A stretch of DNA of 64,000 nt from an uncultured Desulfatitalea sp. GTDB lineage: Bacteria; Desulfobacterota; Desulfobacteria; Desulfobacterales; Desulfosarcinaceae. Below the pieces are notes generated by a model. That model saw only the letters and a list, made by a program, of their open reading frames with translations, was not told the origin of the DNA and did not search any database. How positions within the stretch are numbered: position 1 is the stretch's first letter; every line of letters starts with the position of its first letter. Of the stretch, positions 49,361-58,798 are shown one piece after another. Both the position numbers and the translations under genes were made by a program. The DNA is taken from positions 2,944,001 to 3,008,000 of the forward strand of contig CAXXMB010000002.1 in assembly GCA_963668675.2 (NCBI GenBank), written 5' to 3'.

Positions 49361-49444
49361 CGATGGAATCGCTTCAGCTTATTCAGACCATCACCAGTTG
49401 AAAAGGCCAAGGCAAAGAAATCTATTCATCAGGATCTTTACTTC

Positions 49445-49566
49445 GTGCCCATCCTGAAACGGTATGGCAGCTCTGGCGTGATGCAAGCCTCGAAAAGCCC
49501 GGATTGAGGTTTGGTCCGTTGCAAACACCAATAGAGTTCCATAAATGACCGCTTCTGGATGGGCAC
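49445..49566. repeat. MITE-like element, family B
   Basis: IRs GTGCCCATCCTGAAACGGT / ACCGCTTCTGGATGGGCAC; lone end also at 52430. Confidence 0.7.
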
Positions 49567-49781
49567 AAATACGTCTGAACTTACCATATATCCAACCACA
49601 TCAACACCTTGATGGTGTGGCAAAAGGGCGTGGGTGACTTTCACGCTTTTTTTGACATCTTTGTACCATCGGCAGTTTGATCATTTAGGAAGTATGGTTG
49701 TTTTAAGCTGTCTGTGCGGGTAAGGTGATTTTGATGGTTGACATTTCGAATAAAATTTACTGTCTCTATAAGTTTACTTTG

Positions 49782-49938
49782 GATGAGGCTGTAAAAAGTC
49801 CCAAAAGCGCCTTTTACGTCATTCCGGCCAAGGCTGGGCATGCGGTGAATCTTTAGCGCTATTCGGCCTTTCAATTGCTTCTGGATGCCGGATCAGGTTT
49901 GGCATGGCGTATAAACGGTTCTTTACGAGGCCACCATC
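49782..49938. repeat. MITE-like element, family C (shares core with family A)
   Basis: Ends GATGAGGCTGTAAAAAG / TTCTTTACGAGGCCACCATC; core GTCATTCCGGCCAAGGC...CTGGATGCCGGATCA. Confidence 0.6.
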
Positions 49939-49996
49939 CTTAGGCCGATAAAGGGTTTTGCGGCAATTTGCCATAACACGCAGGAGTGATGAGATC

Positions 49997-50659
49997 ATGG
50001 AACTTACGATCAAAGAGGTCGCATTACATCTAAAAATACCGATCGAGACGCTCCACCGCTGGGTGCGCCAGGGGAAAATACCGATGCAGCGCAACAGGGG
50101 CGAGTATACCATCCGCCAAGAGATGTTCGAGCGTTGGGCCGACGAGCACAAACTCAATATCCATTCCCAATCGGAAGAGGCGCAGCAGGATGGCGAAGCG
50201 GTTTTTGACGGGGTGCTGCCGGCCATGCAGCGGGGCGGTATCTTTTTCGATTTGCAGGGAGACAGCAAGGAGGACGCGCTGCAGGCGGCGGTCGAGCGGA
50301 TACCCAACTTGGAGCGGATCGACCGCAAAATCGTTTTAGAAAAGCTTTTGGAGCGTGAACAGATGGCCTCCACCGGTATCGGTCATGGCGTGGCCCTGCC
50401 GCACCCCAGGGCCAATCCTGGGGTTGGCTTGATGCTCCCGCAGATCACCACCTGTTTTTTCCCCAAACCGGTTCCGTACGATGCCATAGACCATCACCCG
50501 GTATCGGTTATGATGGTGCTGCTCAGCGGTTCGACCAAGCTGCATCTCAGCCTTCTGTCCAAGATCTCTTTTTACCTCCGCAATGTATCGTTCCGTGAAT
50601 TTTTGCTTACCGCGCCGCCGGCCCGGGAGATTCTGGACAAGGTGGCCGGAATGGAGTAA
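49997..50659 (+). CDS. PTS IIA (Ntr-like) protein with N-terminal excisionase-type HTH
   Basis: LTIKEVA..L....TLHRW..QGKIP; RE..ASTGIGHGVALPHPR. Confidence 0.88.
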   Translation: MELTIKEVALHLKIPIETLHRWVRQGKIPMQRNRGEYTIRQEMFERWADEHKLNIHSQSEEAQQDGEAVFDGVLPAMQRGGIFFDLQGDSKEDALQAAVERIPNLERIDRKIVLEKLLEREQMASTGIGHGVALPHPRANPGVGLMLPQITTCFFPKPVPYDAIDHHPVSVMMVLLSGSTKLHLSLLSKISFYLRNVSFREFLLTAPPAREILDKVAGME

Positions 50660-50717
50660 CCGTTGGCTTGTTTTTCAGGAAAAACAACCATCCTATTCAA
50701 ACATGAGGGGGAGTGGC

Positions 50718-52430
50718 ATGTTCAAGGCGATCAGGCTCAAGTGGGCCATTGTCCGGTCCGATGACCGGCTGATCGTCATTGCCCTGGCCGGTGTCGTGGG
50801 GGCCTGCAGCGGTGTGGCGGCCGTGGCCCTGAACCGCTCCCTCCATTTTCTGGCTGATTCGCTTCACTCCCTGCACGGCTACTGGTGGGCATTCATCCTG
50901 CCGGCCATTGGAGCGACCCTTTCAGCCCTGTTCCTCAATAACTTTTTAAAGGAGAGGGCCGGACACGGTGTTCCCGAAGTGGTTTATGCGGTATCGCGCT
51001 ATGGCGGCCTGTTGCGCTTCCGATCCAGTTACTCCCGTCTGGTCTCCAGTTGCCTCACCATTGGCAGCGGCGGTTCGGCCGGCCCGGAGGCCCCGGTGGT
51101 CATCAGCGGGGCCGCTTTGGGGTCCAATATCGCCAAACTTTTTTCTCTCAGGGAACGCCAGCGCATCACCCTCGTCGGTTGTGGGGCGGCCGGTGCCATC
51201 GCTTCGATTTTCAATGCGCCGATCACCGGCCTGGTCTTCACGGTCGAGGTGGTTCTGGGCGAGTGGCGTTCATTCAATATCATTCCCATCGCCATCGCTG
51301 CGGTAGCTGGAACCGAAGTGAGCCGGCTGCTGCAGGGCAATCAGATCGCTTTCCAGCACCAGCAGTTCACCATCGGCCTGCCCGATATCGCAGCCAGCTT
51401 CGGCGTAGTGGTTATCGCCACGGTGGTGTCGGTGGTGCTCGGACGCCTGCTCAAAGGGATGAACCGTGTGGCAGGCCGGACACCGCTTCCCCAGTGGGTT
51501 CGACCGGCTGTGGGCGGTGCGATGGTCGGTTTGATCGGAATCGGCCTGCCCTTCGTACTGGGAGAGGGGTACCATTCGATCCAGGAGATGATTCAAGGCA
51601 CCTTCAAGCAGGGGTTGCTGCTGGCGGCCCTGGTGATGGTGGCCAAGGTGGCGGCAACCGCTTTCACTTTAGGATGGGGCGGGTCAGGCGGTATCTTTGC
51701 CCCCAGCTTGATGATCGGCAGCCTGGTGGGACTGGTCTACCACCGCATGCTCATCTGGATGCTTCCGACGGCCATGTTGAGCAGTGAGGGCTGCTTTGCC
51801 CTGTTGGGAATGGCCGGCCTGGTGAGCGGCATGCTGCAGGCGCCCTTGACCGCTATTTTTCTGGTGGTCGAGATTACCGGGGGATATGATGTGGTGCTGC
51901 CACTGATTATTGTTTCGGCGCTGACCTCCACCTTCTGTTACTACATCGAACCGGCCTCTTTCTACATGCGCGACCTGATTGAAAAGGGGCAGTTTCTAAG
52001 GCCGGGCACCGATGCCCGGGTGCTGTCCGATCTCACCGTTGGGGAACTGGTAGACAAAGTGACCACAACAGTGTCTGGCGATATGTTGCTCCGGGATTTC
52101 CTGCCGATTCTGGAGAGCTCGCGGCAGCACCGGTTTCCGGTGGTCGACCGGCACAGCGGCAACTACCAGGGCATCATCTATGTCGATCGCATCCGGCCTT
52201 ATCTGTTCGACCCGCAGATGCACGCGGTTTTAATGGTAGAGCAGGTGATGGACGCCAGGGTGCCCACCGTCTCCGCGGATGACGAACTGGCCGATGTGCT
52301 TGCCCTCATGGAGCGCCAGGGGGTGAACACGCTGCCGGTGGTCGAGAAGCACCATTTTGTTGGCATGCTCTCCAAGTCGACGCTGCTGGATCACTATCGT
52401 AAGGAGTTGATTGTGCAGGCGGGGAATTAG
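50718..52430 (+). CDS. ClC chloride channel/antiporter with CBS domains
   Basis: GHGVPE, GSAGPEAP, FNAP, GGIFAP, paired CBS. Confidence 0.92.
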   Translation: MFKAIRLKWAIVRSDDRLIVIALAGVVGACSGVAAVALNRSLHFLADSLHSLHGYWWAFILPAIGATLSALFLNNFLKERAGHGVPEVVYAVSRYGGLLRFRSSYSRLVSSCLTIGSGGSAGPEAPVVISGAALGSNIAKLFSLRERQRITLVGCGAAGAIASIFNAPITGLVFTVEVVLGEWRSFNIIPIAIAAVAGTEVSRLLQGNQIAFQHQQFTIGLPDIAASFGVVVIATVVSVVLGRLLKGMNRVAGRTPLPQWVRPAVGGAMVGLIGIGLPFVLGEGYHSIQEMIQGTFKQGLLLAALVMVAKVAATAFTLGWGGSGGIFAPSLMIGSLVGLVYHRMLIWMLPTAMLSSEGCFALLGMAGLVSGMLQAPLTAIFLVVEITGGYDVVLPLIIVSALTSTFCYYIEPASFYMRDLIEKGQFLRPGTDARVLSDLTVGELVDKVTTTVSGDMLLRDFLPILESSRQHRFPVVDRHSGNYQGIIYVDRIRPYLFDPQMHAVLMVEQVMDARVPTVSADDELADVLALMERQGVNTLPVVEKHHFVGMLSKSTLLDHYRKELIVQAGN

Positions 52431-52511
52431 TGCCCATCCACCAATGGCATTTTGTCGCCCATCCCTGCATTCTCTCTAAATTAGAATTTTGCAACTTTAC
52501 AGGAGTTAATC

Positions 52512-53339
52512 ATGGTCGAGCGTTTGCTGCATGTATTTCGGAACACCCCCCTGGGTAGAGAGACGTTCTTGCAATCCCTCCATTTCTGCAGGACACTGGG
52601 CGTCGATCTGCACGTCTACATCCCCGAATCGAAACAGTTTCTGATGTATTTTGACCATGACATGGTTCAGGTGGATCTGGATGGCTCGTACCTCACCTCA
52701 CCGAAAAGTGCCGAAGCGCATGCAGAGCAATTGGCCGAGATGTTTGACATTCAGCCCACTTTTTTTGTTCCCAAAAACTTTACTGCATCGCAATTGCCTG
52801 ATATTCCAACCCATTTCAACTATATGTGCTGCCCCCGCTCTATCAGCGACCTCTCTTCCAAGATTGGGCTGGGCTATATCGGCCCCAAGGTGCGGCGCAT
52901 TATCAAGTCCTCCACTTTTCCGGTCTTCATGACCGGCGGCGTTTTCAAGCCGTGGACGAGTATCACTGTTTTCTACGGCGGTTCGAACAATGCCAACAAG
53001 GCGCTTCGCTGGGGATTGCACCTCAACCGCACATCCGGCCGGCCCCTTGACATGTTTACCTATGCGGATGGTCGCGAGCCCGACTACTTCGAGGAGCAGT
53101 TGCGTCAGGTGGAGCTGTGGGATCAGGTGCAGGAGAAGGTGCGCACCTGGCACAAGATCGAGCGGGGCGGTTTCGGGGAGAGCCTCTACACGGTGTCGCA
53201 CGAGGCGCTTCTGATCGTGGGCGCATATGGACACGGTTTGATCAAAGAGTTTCTTTTCGGGAGCAAGATGGAGACGATACAGTCGTGGATGCCCAACAAC
53301 ATGCTGCTTGTCGGCCCCAATTGCGTTCTGGGGCAGTGA
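52512..53339 (+). CDS. Universal stress protein (tandem domain)
   Basis: GAYGH....FLFGS. Confidence 0.8.
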   Translation: MVERLLHVFRNTPLGRETFLQSLHFCRTLGVDLHVYIPESKQFLMYFDHDMVQVDLDGSYLTSPKSAEAHAEQLAEMFDIQPTFFVPKNFTASQLPDIPTHFNYMCCPRSISDLSSKIGLGYIGPKVRRIIKSSTFPVFMTGGVFKPWTSITVFYGGSNNANKALRWGLHLNRTSGRPLDMFTYADGREPDYFEEQLRQVELWDQVQEKVRTWHKIERGGFGESLYTVSHEALLIVGAYGHGLIKEFLFGSKMETIQSWMPNNMLLVGPNCVLGQ

Positions 53340-53373
53340 TGGTGTATTCTCTGAATCTGAGTGAGGGAGCGCG

Positions 53374-55428
53374 ATGGAGGACAGCCAAAAGACCAGAGCT
53401 CAGTTGCTTGACGAGCTGACCGATTTGCGGCGCCGCGTCGACGAAGCGTCTGCTTCGGCTGGCGGGAAACTGCATAGTGAGCGTGAGGGTATTCACCGCG
53501 ACGCCTCTCTGGGTGGCGTCTACGGCGGCTACTATGAGATTGATCTGGAGCGCTATCGGGACTTTGTCGAAAGTATTGAAGACGGCTGTTTCGAGGTGGA
53601 TCTGGACGGCACCCTGACCTTTATCAATGCAGGTATGTGCCGTATTCACGGCTGCACTTACGATGAGTTGATCGGGATGAATCATCGTGATTTCGCCCCT
53701 GCCGAAGAAGCCAAAATGATCTTTAACGTTTTCAACTCGATATACCGCACGGGTAATCCAGCTAAAATAGTTGATTACAACATCCTGCGAAAGGATGGGG
53801 CGATTCGCAATCTGGAGGTCTCCGCATCCCTGATTTGCGATGCCGCTGGACACCCCGTCGGTTTCCGCGGTATCACGCGGGATCGCACGCATCGACGGGA
53901 GAGAGAGAAGGCGCTGGAGCGCTACCAAGCGTTTGTTGAGGGTGTGGGAGACGCCTGCTTCGAGGTCGATCTGCGGGGTGATATTACGTTTTGCAACCAG
54001 GCGGCTTGCCGGATTTTCGGATATTCTGCCGAGCAGCTCATGGGGATGAACAACCGCAGCTACGCCTCCGCGGAGATGGCCAAACAGGTCTATCGTATTT
54101 TCAACGAGGTCTACCGGACCGGCGATCCGGGGGAGGTGCAGGACTATGAAATCCGGCGCGGTGACGGTGTGCTGCGCAATCTCCATATGACCATCGACCT
54201 GATTCGCGATGACGGGGGAGCGCCGGTCGGCTTTCGTGGCTTTCTTCGCGATGTCACCGATCAGAAAGCGACCGAAGCCGAAAACGAGCGTCTCATCTCG
54301 ATGCTCAATCAGTCCAAGCGCCTGGAGGCGATCGCTACCCTGGCAGCCGGTGTGGCCCACAATTTCAACAACCTGCTAATGAGCATCCAAGGGTTTGTCT
54401 CACTGATGTTTCTGGATATCGAGGAGGGAAACCAACACTTCTCACGGCTTAAGACCATCGAGGATCTGATCAAACGCGGCTCCGAACTTACGACCCGGCT
54501 GCTCGGCTACGCGCGCCATGGCCGCTTTGCCGTCAGACCGGTTGATGTCAGCAAAGCGATGCAGCCTGCCATTGCCTATTTCAAAGCCAAGCAGCCGGAT
54601 ATTGAGGTTTATATCGATCTGCCCGATACGCTATGGGCGGTGGCTGCCGATATTGAGCAGATGGCAGGTGTTTTCAAGCATCTTTTAGAAAATGCCGGCG
54701 ATGCCATGCCGGAGGGCGGCACTCTGCGTGTGGTGGCAAAGAATCTCCTGCTGAAAGAGCATTTTGTTGCACCCCATGGCTTGACGTCCGGTCCCTATGT
54801 CAAAATTGCGGTAAGCGACACCGGTGTGGGAATGGACCAAATCACCCGGGAGCGGATATTCGAGCCCTTTTTTTCGACCAAGGATGTCAGCAAAGGAGCG
54901 GGATTGGGGTTGGCATCGGTCTATGGGACCATCCAGAACCACAGCGGCATCATCCAGGTTGAGAGCGAGAAGGACCGAGGCACCACGTTTACGATCTATT
55001 TGCCGGCGTTAGCCAAGGAGGCCAAGGAGGAGGCTGAATCGGAACCGCCGGTATGCGGGGTGAGCCCTACCATCCTAGTGGTCGACGATGAGAGGGTGAT
55101 TTGCGAGGTGGTCTCCGACCTTATCGACAAGATGGGGTATCAGGCGATCACCGCCTGTGATGGCAACGAAGCACTGGATATTTTCCGCGACCGTCAGGCG
55201 CAGATCGACCTGGTGATTGTGGACATGGTGATGCCCGGCCTTTCAGGTGAGGAGGTGGCCGACGCCATGCGGGCCATTGCGCCGGACATCAAGGTGATCC
55301 TCACCAGCGGCTTTCCCGAGGCGGAGGAGGTACAAAGCGCCATGCGCGACACCCGCCAGACCTTTCTGCAGAAACCGCTCCAGTCCAAAACGCTTTCGGC
55401 AACCATTCGTCAGTTGCTGGAGGTGTAG
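53374..55428 (+). CDS. PAS-PAS hybrid histidine kinase/response regulator
   Basis: Two PAS; AHNFNNLL; DTG.GM; GLGL; REC. Confidence 0.93.
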   Translation: MEDSQKTRAQLLDELTDLRRRVDEASASAGGKLHSEREGIHRDASLGGVYGGYYEIDLERYRDFVESIEDGCFEVDLDGTLTFINAGMCRIHGCTYDELIGMNHRDFAPAEEAKMIFNVFNSIYRTGNPAKIVDYNILRKDGAIRNLEVSASLICDAAGHPVGFRGITRDRTHRREREKALERYQAFVEGVGDACFEVDLRGDITFCNQAACRIFGYSAEQLMGMNNRSYASAEMAKQVYRIFNEVYRTGDPGEVQDYEIRRGDGVLRNLHMTIDLIRDDGGAPVGFRGFLRDVTDQKATEAENERLISMLNQSKRLEAIATLAAGVAHNFNNLLMSIQGFVSLMFLDIEEGNQHFSRLKTIEDLIKRGSELTTRLLGYARHGRFAVRPVDVSKAMQPAIAYFKAKQPDIEVYIDLPDTLWAVAADIEQMAGVFKHLLENAGDAMPEGGTLRVVAKNLLLKEHFVAPHGLTSGPYVKIAVSDTGVGMDQITRERIFEPFFSTKDVSKGAGLGLASVYGTIQNHSGIIQVESEKDRGTTFTIYLPALAKEAKEEAESEPPVCGVSPTILVVDDERVICEVVSDLIDKMGYQAITACDGNEALDIFRDRQAQIDLVIVDMVMPGLSGEEVADAMRAIAPDIKVILTSGFPEAEEVQSAMRDTRQTFLQKPLQSKTLSATIRQLLEV

Positions 55429-55450
55429 TCTTAAATTTTTATGGCCCGAT

Positions 55451-55948
55451 CTATTCTTCCGTCATGGGCGAAGCTGTTCCGTTTTCAAATGCGTAGAGCC
55501 GATTGATGGCGTATTGGACGTATTTTTCGCATTTGTCTTTCCATATGCCCGAGGACCGGAATCGTTTGTATTCACCCTCCTCTGAAAAATCGATGCCCAG
55601 CAGGTTGCGGCAGGTGATGTCACCGAACTCATTGGTGAACTCTTTTACGAATTGACCGGCGTGGTTGCGGACCAAGGTACGTGCCTTCTTGGCGTTGGGC
55701 TTGTCGGAGAGTGGGCAGCGGTGCCTCAGGCCGAGACTGACTGCCGCTGCGGAGACAGCGCCGCAGGGTGCTTGCTGCGCGCCGCTAATGCCGGACAGGA
55801 ACGGTATCCCCGCCCACAGGAAGTCTTCGTTTTCGAATCCATATGCATCCCACATAACTTGCAGGACCGCAGGTCCTCAGTGATATCCTTTGTGCATAAA
55901 TGCTTTGGCGCGGGCTTGGGCTTCATCCAGAGAGATCTTCATTTCCAT
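55451..55948 (-). CDS. C-GCAxxG-C-C family redox protein, probable selenoprotein (UGA at codon 24)
   Basis: AAGGAG SD plus ATG 55948; MEMKISLDEAQARAKAFMHKGYH-UGA-GPAVLQ; CGAVSA, ITC, KC; hairpin after UGA. Confidence 0.85.
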
Positions 55949-56007
55949 ATACAGCTCCTTCTCATGGGATTGGGGCGTTTCAACTCTATCAGAGCGGTCT
56001 TGGGGCA

Positions 56008-56895
56008 TCAAGGCTGTGTCGCATACATCTCGGCAAGCATCTCACGCAGGGCAATTTCCCAAGTGCGCCGCTCTACACCGAAGCGGGCCTCGAAACTGCT
56101 GCAATCGAGGACCGAGTAATGCGGTCGCGGCGCGGCCACCGGATATTGGGAGGCCAATATGGGCAGAATTTCATGGATGCGCAGCTTCTCATAGGGGCGG
56201 GCCAGGGCCAGGATACGGCGCGCAAAGGCGTACCAGGTGACCGCTATCTGGTTGCAGTAATGGTAGGTGCCCCAACCGTCCTTTTCCCGGGTGACATAGG
56301 CGGCCACATCCAATAGCGCACCAGCCAGATCTCCGGCGTAGGTCGGGCACCCCACCTGGTCGTCCACTACTTTCAGGGTCTCGCGTTCGGTACCTAGTCG
56401 AATCATGGTTTTGACAAAATTGTCACCGTGGCGGCCGAACAGCCATGAGGTGCGAACGATAACGTGACGGTCGTAGCAGCTTCGGATGCGATCCTCCCCC
56501 TCGGCTTTGCTGCGCCCATAGACGCCTTGGGGGTTGATGGGGTCGGTCGGCAGATAGGGCCTGGTCTGTAGTCCTTCGAATACGTAATCTGTGGAGACAT
56601 GGATAAAGGGGATTTGGTGGTCGCGGCACGCCAGGGCGAGGATTTCGGCACCGTCTCGATTGACGGCGTAAGCGATCTTCGCTTCGCTCTCGGCTCGGTC
56701 CACGGCGGTGTAGGCGGCGGCATTGATGATGGCTGCCACTGGTCCAGCCGAAGCGAGAACCTTTTGAAGGCTGTTCGGATCGGTAATGTCGCAGTCGGGC
56801 ATATCGGCGCCGATGGGCGTCCACCCCCGCTCACGCGCCTGCGCCATCAAGTCCTGTCCCAGTTGACCGTTGCTGCCGACAATCAGAAGTTGCAT
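56008..56895 (-). CDS. rfbD: dTDP-4-dehydrorhamnose reductase
   Basis: GSNGQLG, NAAAYTAVD.AE, STDYVF, YG.SK, RP.YS.LD. Confidence 0.95.
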   Translation of the reverse strand: MQLLIVGSNGQLGQDLMAQARERGWTPIGADMPDCDITDPNSLQKVLASAGPVAAIINAAAYTAVDRAESEAKIAYAVNRDGAEILALACRDHQIPFIHVSTDYVFEGLQTRPYLPTDPINPQGVYGRSKAEGEDRIRSCYDRHVIVRTSWLFGRHGDNFVKTMIRLGTERETLKVVDDQVGCPTYAGDLAGALLDVAAYVTREKDGWGTYHYCNQIAVTWYAFARRILALARPYEKLRIHEILPILASQYPVAAPRPHYSVLDCSSFEARFGVERRTWEIALREMLAEMYATQP

Positions 56896-56941
56896 CTATC
56901 CCTCATACAGTGGCGAATGTGCTAAATCAAAATAGCCTAAG

Positions 56942-57069
56942 TTATTAACCCGGCAATTGATTACCCTATCAATCGTCATTCCGGCGGAGGCCGGAATCCA
57001 GACCGTTCCTGGATCCCGGATCAAGTCCTGGATGACAAAGGTTGGCCTATATAATTGCCGGTTTAATAA
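56942..57069. repeat. MITE-like element, family A
   Basis: IRs TTATTAACCCGGCAATT / AATTGCCGGTTTAATAA; core GTCATTCCGGCGGAGGCCGGAATCCA...CTGGATCCCGGATCAAGTCC.GGATGAC. Confidence 0.8.
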
Positions 57070-57182
57070 GGAAATACCGGTCACAATCCGAGCACAGTGC
57101 AACCTCGTTTTTAAGCCAAGGTTGTGTGCCAGCGCCATGATTCATCGCATGTTCGCCCTGCCTCTGGATATGCCCGCGGTCT

Positions 57183-58652
57183 TCAGCGGGTGTTGTTTCC
57201 CGTTGTATCATTGTGCCTGCCGTACACATCGTCAAGTCGCACCACGTCGTCTTCGGCCAGATAGCTCCCCGACTGGATCTCGATCAGCTCCAGGGGGATC
57301 TTGCCGGGATTCTCCAGGCGGTGCACCGTTCCCAGGGGAATATAGGTGGACTCGTCTTCGCGCAAGATGAACTGCTTGTCGCCGCGGGTCACCAGGGCGG
57401 TTCCCTTTACGACCACCCAATGCTCCGCCCGGTGAAAATGCTTCTGCAGGGAGAGTTTGGCTTTGGGTTTGACGGTGATGCGTTTGACCAGAAATCGCTC
57501 GGAAATATCCATGTCTTCATAGGCCCCCCACGGGCGGTAGACCATCTTCTGGGTGATGGTTTCAGGTCGCTCCTGCCGGGTCAACTGTTCGACCAGGGCC
57601 TTGACCTGCTGTACCTGATCTCTGGGAGCTACAAAGACGGCGTCCTTGGTCTCCACCACCACGTGATTGATCAACCCGACGGCGGCCACCAGACGGCTGG
57701 AGGAGTGGATAAACGATTGCTCCACGTTCTGCAGGCAGACATCGCCGTGGATGACATTGCGGTCGGCATTCTTATCTCCCGCCTGCCAGAGGGCCTCCCA
57801 GGAACCCAGGTCGTTCCACGGGCTGGAGAGGGCGATCATGACACCCGACTTGGTTTTCTCCATTACGGCGTAGTCGATGGAGTCCGATGGGCATTGGCCG
57901 AAGGCGTCCCTGTCCAGACGGAAGAAATCCAGGTCCGTATGGCCTCGCTTCACGGCATTCCGGCAGTGGGTGACGATATCGGGGGCAAAGGCGTCCAACT
58001 CCTGGAGCAGTCTATCGGTCTTGAACATGAACATACCGCTGTTCCAGCAGTACTCCCCTGAGTCGACATACTGCTGGGCGGTGTCGCGATCCGGCTTCTC
58101 CACAAAGCGGTCTATGCCCCAGGCCTTGGGAGATGCGTCGCTCTCAGCAGCGTCGCCCTCTTCCAGGGCTTTGCCTTTGCGGATGTAACCGTAACCGGTT
58201 TCCGGGGCATCCGGATCGATGCCGAAGGTGACCAGGTGTCCGCTGCCTGCGTAGGCGTTCCCTTTTCTGACAGTGTCGAGGAACCCTTTTGTATCCTCAA
58301 TATGGTGATCGGCTGGCAGGGCCAACAGAGTGGAGGACTCCTCTTTCCCGGAGGCGGCCATTAGTGCTGCAACGGCCAATGCTGGCGCTGTGTTGCGCCC
58401 AACCGGTTCGAGGACGATGGCTGCGGGTTCGATTCCGATCTGGCGCAATTGCTCGGCAACGATGAAGCGATGGGCTTCATTGCAAAGGAGGATCGGCGGT
58501 TGGACCCCCTCCAGTTCAGTCAACCGCAGCAGCGTGTTCTGCAGCAGGGTATGCTCGTCTACCAATTGCATGAACTGTTTGGGATAGAGCTTGCGGGACA
58601 GCGGCCACAGGCGTGTCCCCGAGCCGCCGGCCAAAATGACGGGTGTGATCAT
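57183..58652 (-). CDS. manC: Mannose-1-phosphate guanylyltransferase/mannose-6-phosphate isomerase
   Basis: ILAGGSGTRLWPLSR, PKQF, FVEKP, SIDYAVME, cupin LSLQKH.HR.EHW. Confidence 0.95.
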   Translation of the reverse strand: MITPVILAGGSGTRLWPLSRKLYPKQFMQLVDEHTLLQNTLLRLTELEGVQPPILLCNEAHRFIVAEQLRQIGIEPAAIVLEPVGRNTAPALAVAALMAASGKEESSTLLALPADHHIEDTKGFLDTVRKGNAYAGSGHLVTFGIDPDAPETGYGYIRKGKALEEGDAAESDASPKAWGIDRFVEKPDRDTAQQYVDSGEYCWNSGMFMFKTDRLLQELDAFAPDIVTHCRNAVKRGHTDLDFFRLDRDAFGQCPSDSIDYAVMEKTKSGVMIALSSPWNDLGSWEALWQAGDKNADRNVIHGDVCLQNVEQSFIHSSSRLVAAVGLINHVVVETKDAVFVAPRDQVQQVKALVEQLTRQERPETITQKMVYRPWGAYEDMDISERFLVKRITVKPKAKLSLQKHFHRAEHWVVVKGTALVTRGDKQFILREDESTYIPLGTVHRLENPGKIPLELIEIQSGSYLAEDDVVRLDDVYGRHNDTTGNNTR

Positions 58653-58798
58653 GAACGCCACTCCTTTGCAGCAGTTAACGGTAATGGAATGCACCCGGTA
58701 ATTGAGAAGTTGTCTTTTTATCATATTGGGGGCTTGACTGTAAACCATTCGCAGTTGGTAGCTTTTTTTGACCTCCCGGGGTAATTGGGATATATCTC

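Noticed and set aside
49438..49874. Short minus-strand ORFs
   Set aside because: Overlap MITE-like repeats; likely spurious
55877..55879. Nonsense mutation (pseudogene)
   Set aside because: Position at a conserved Cys and the adjacent hairpin favour selenocysteine
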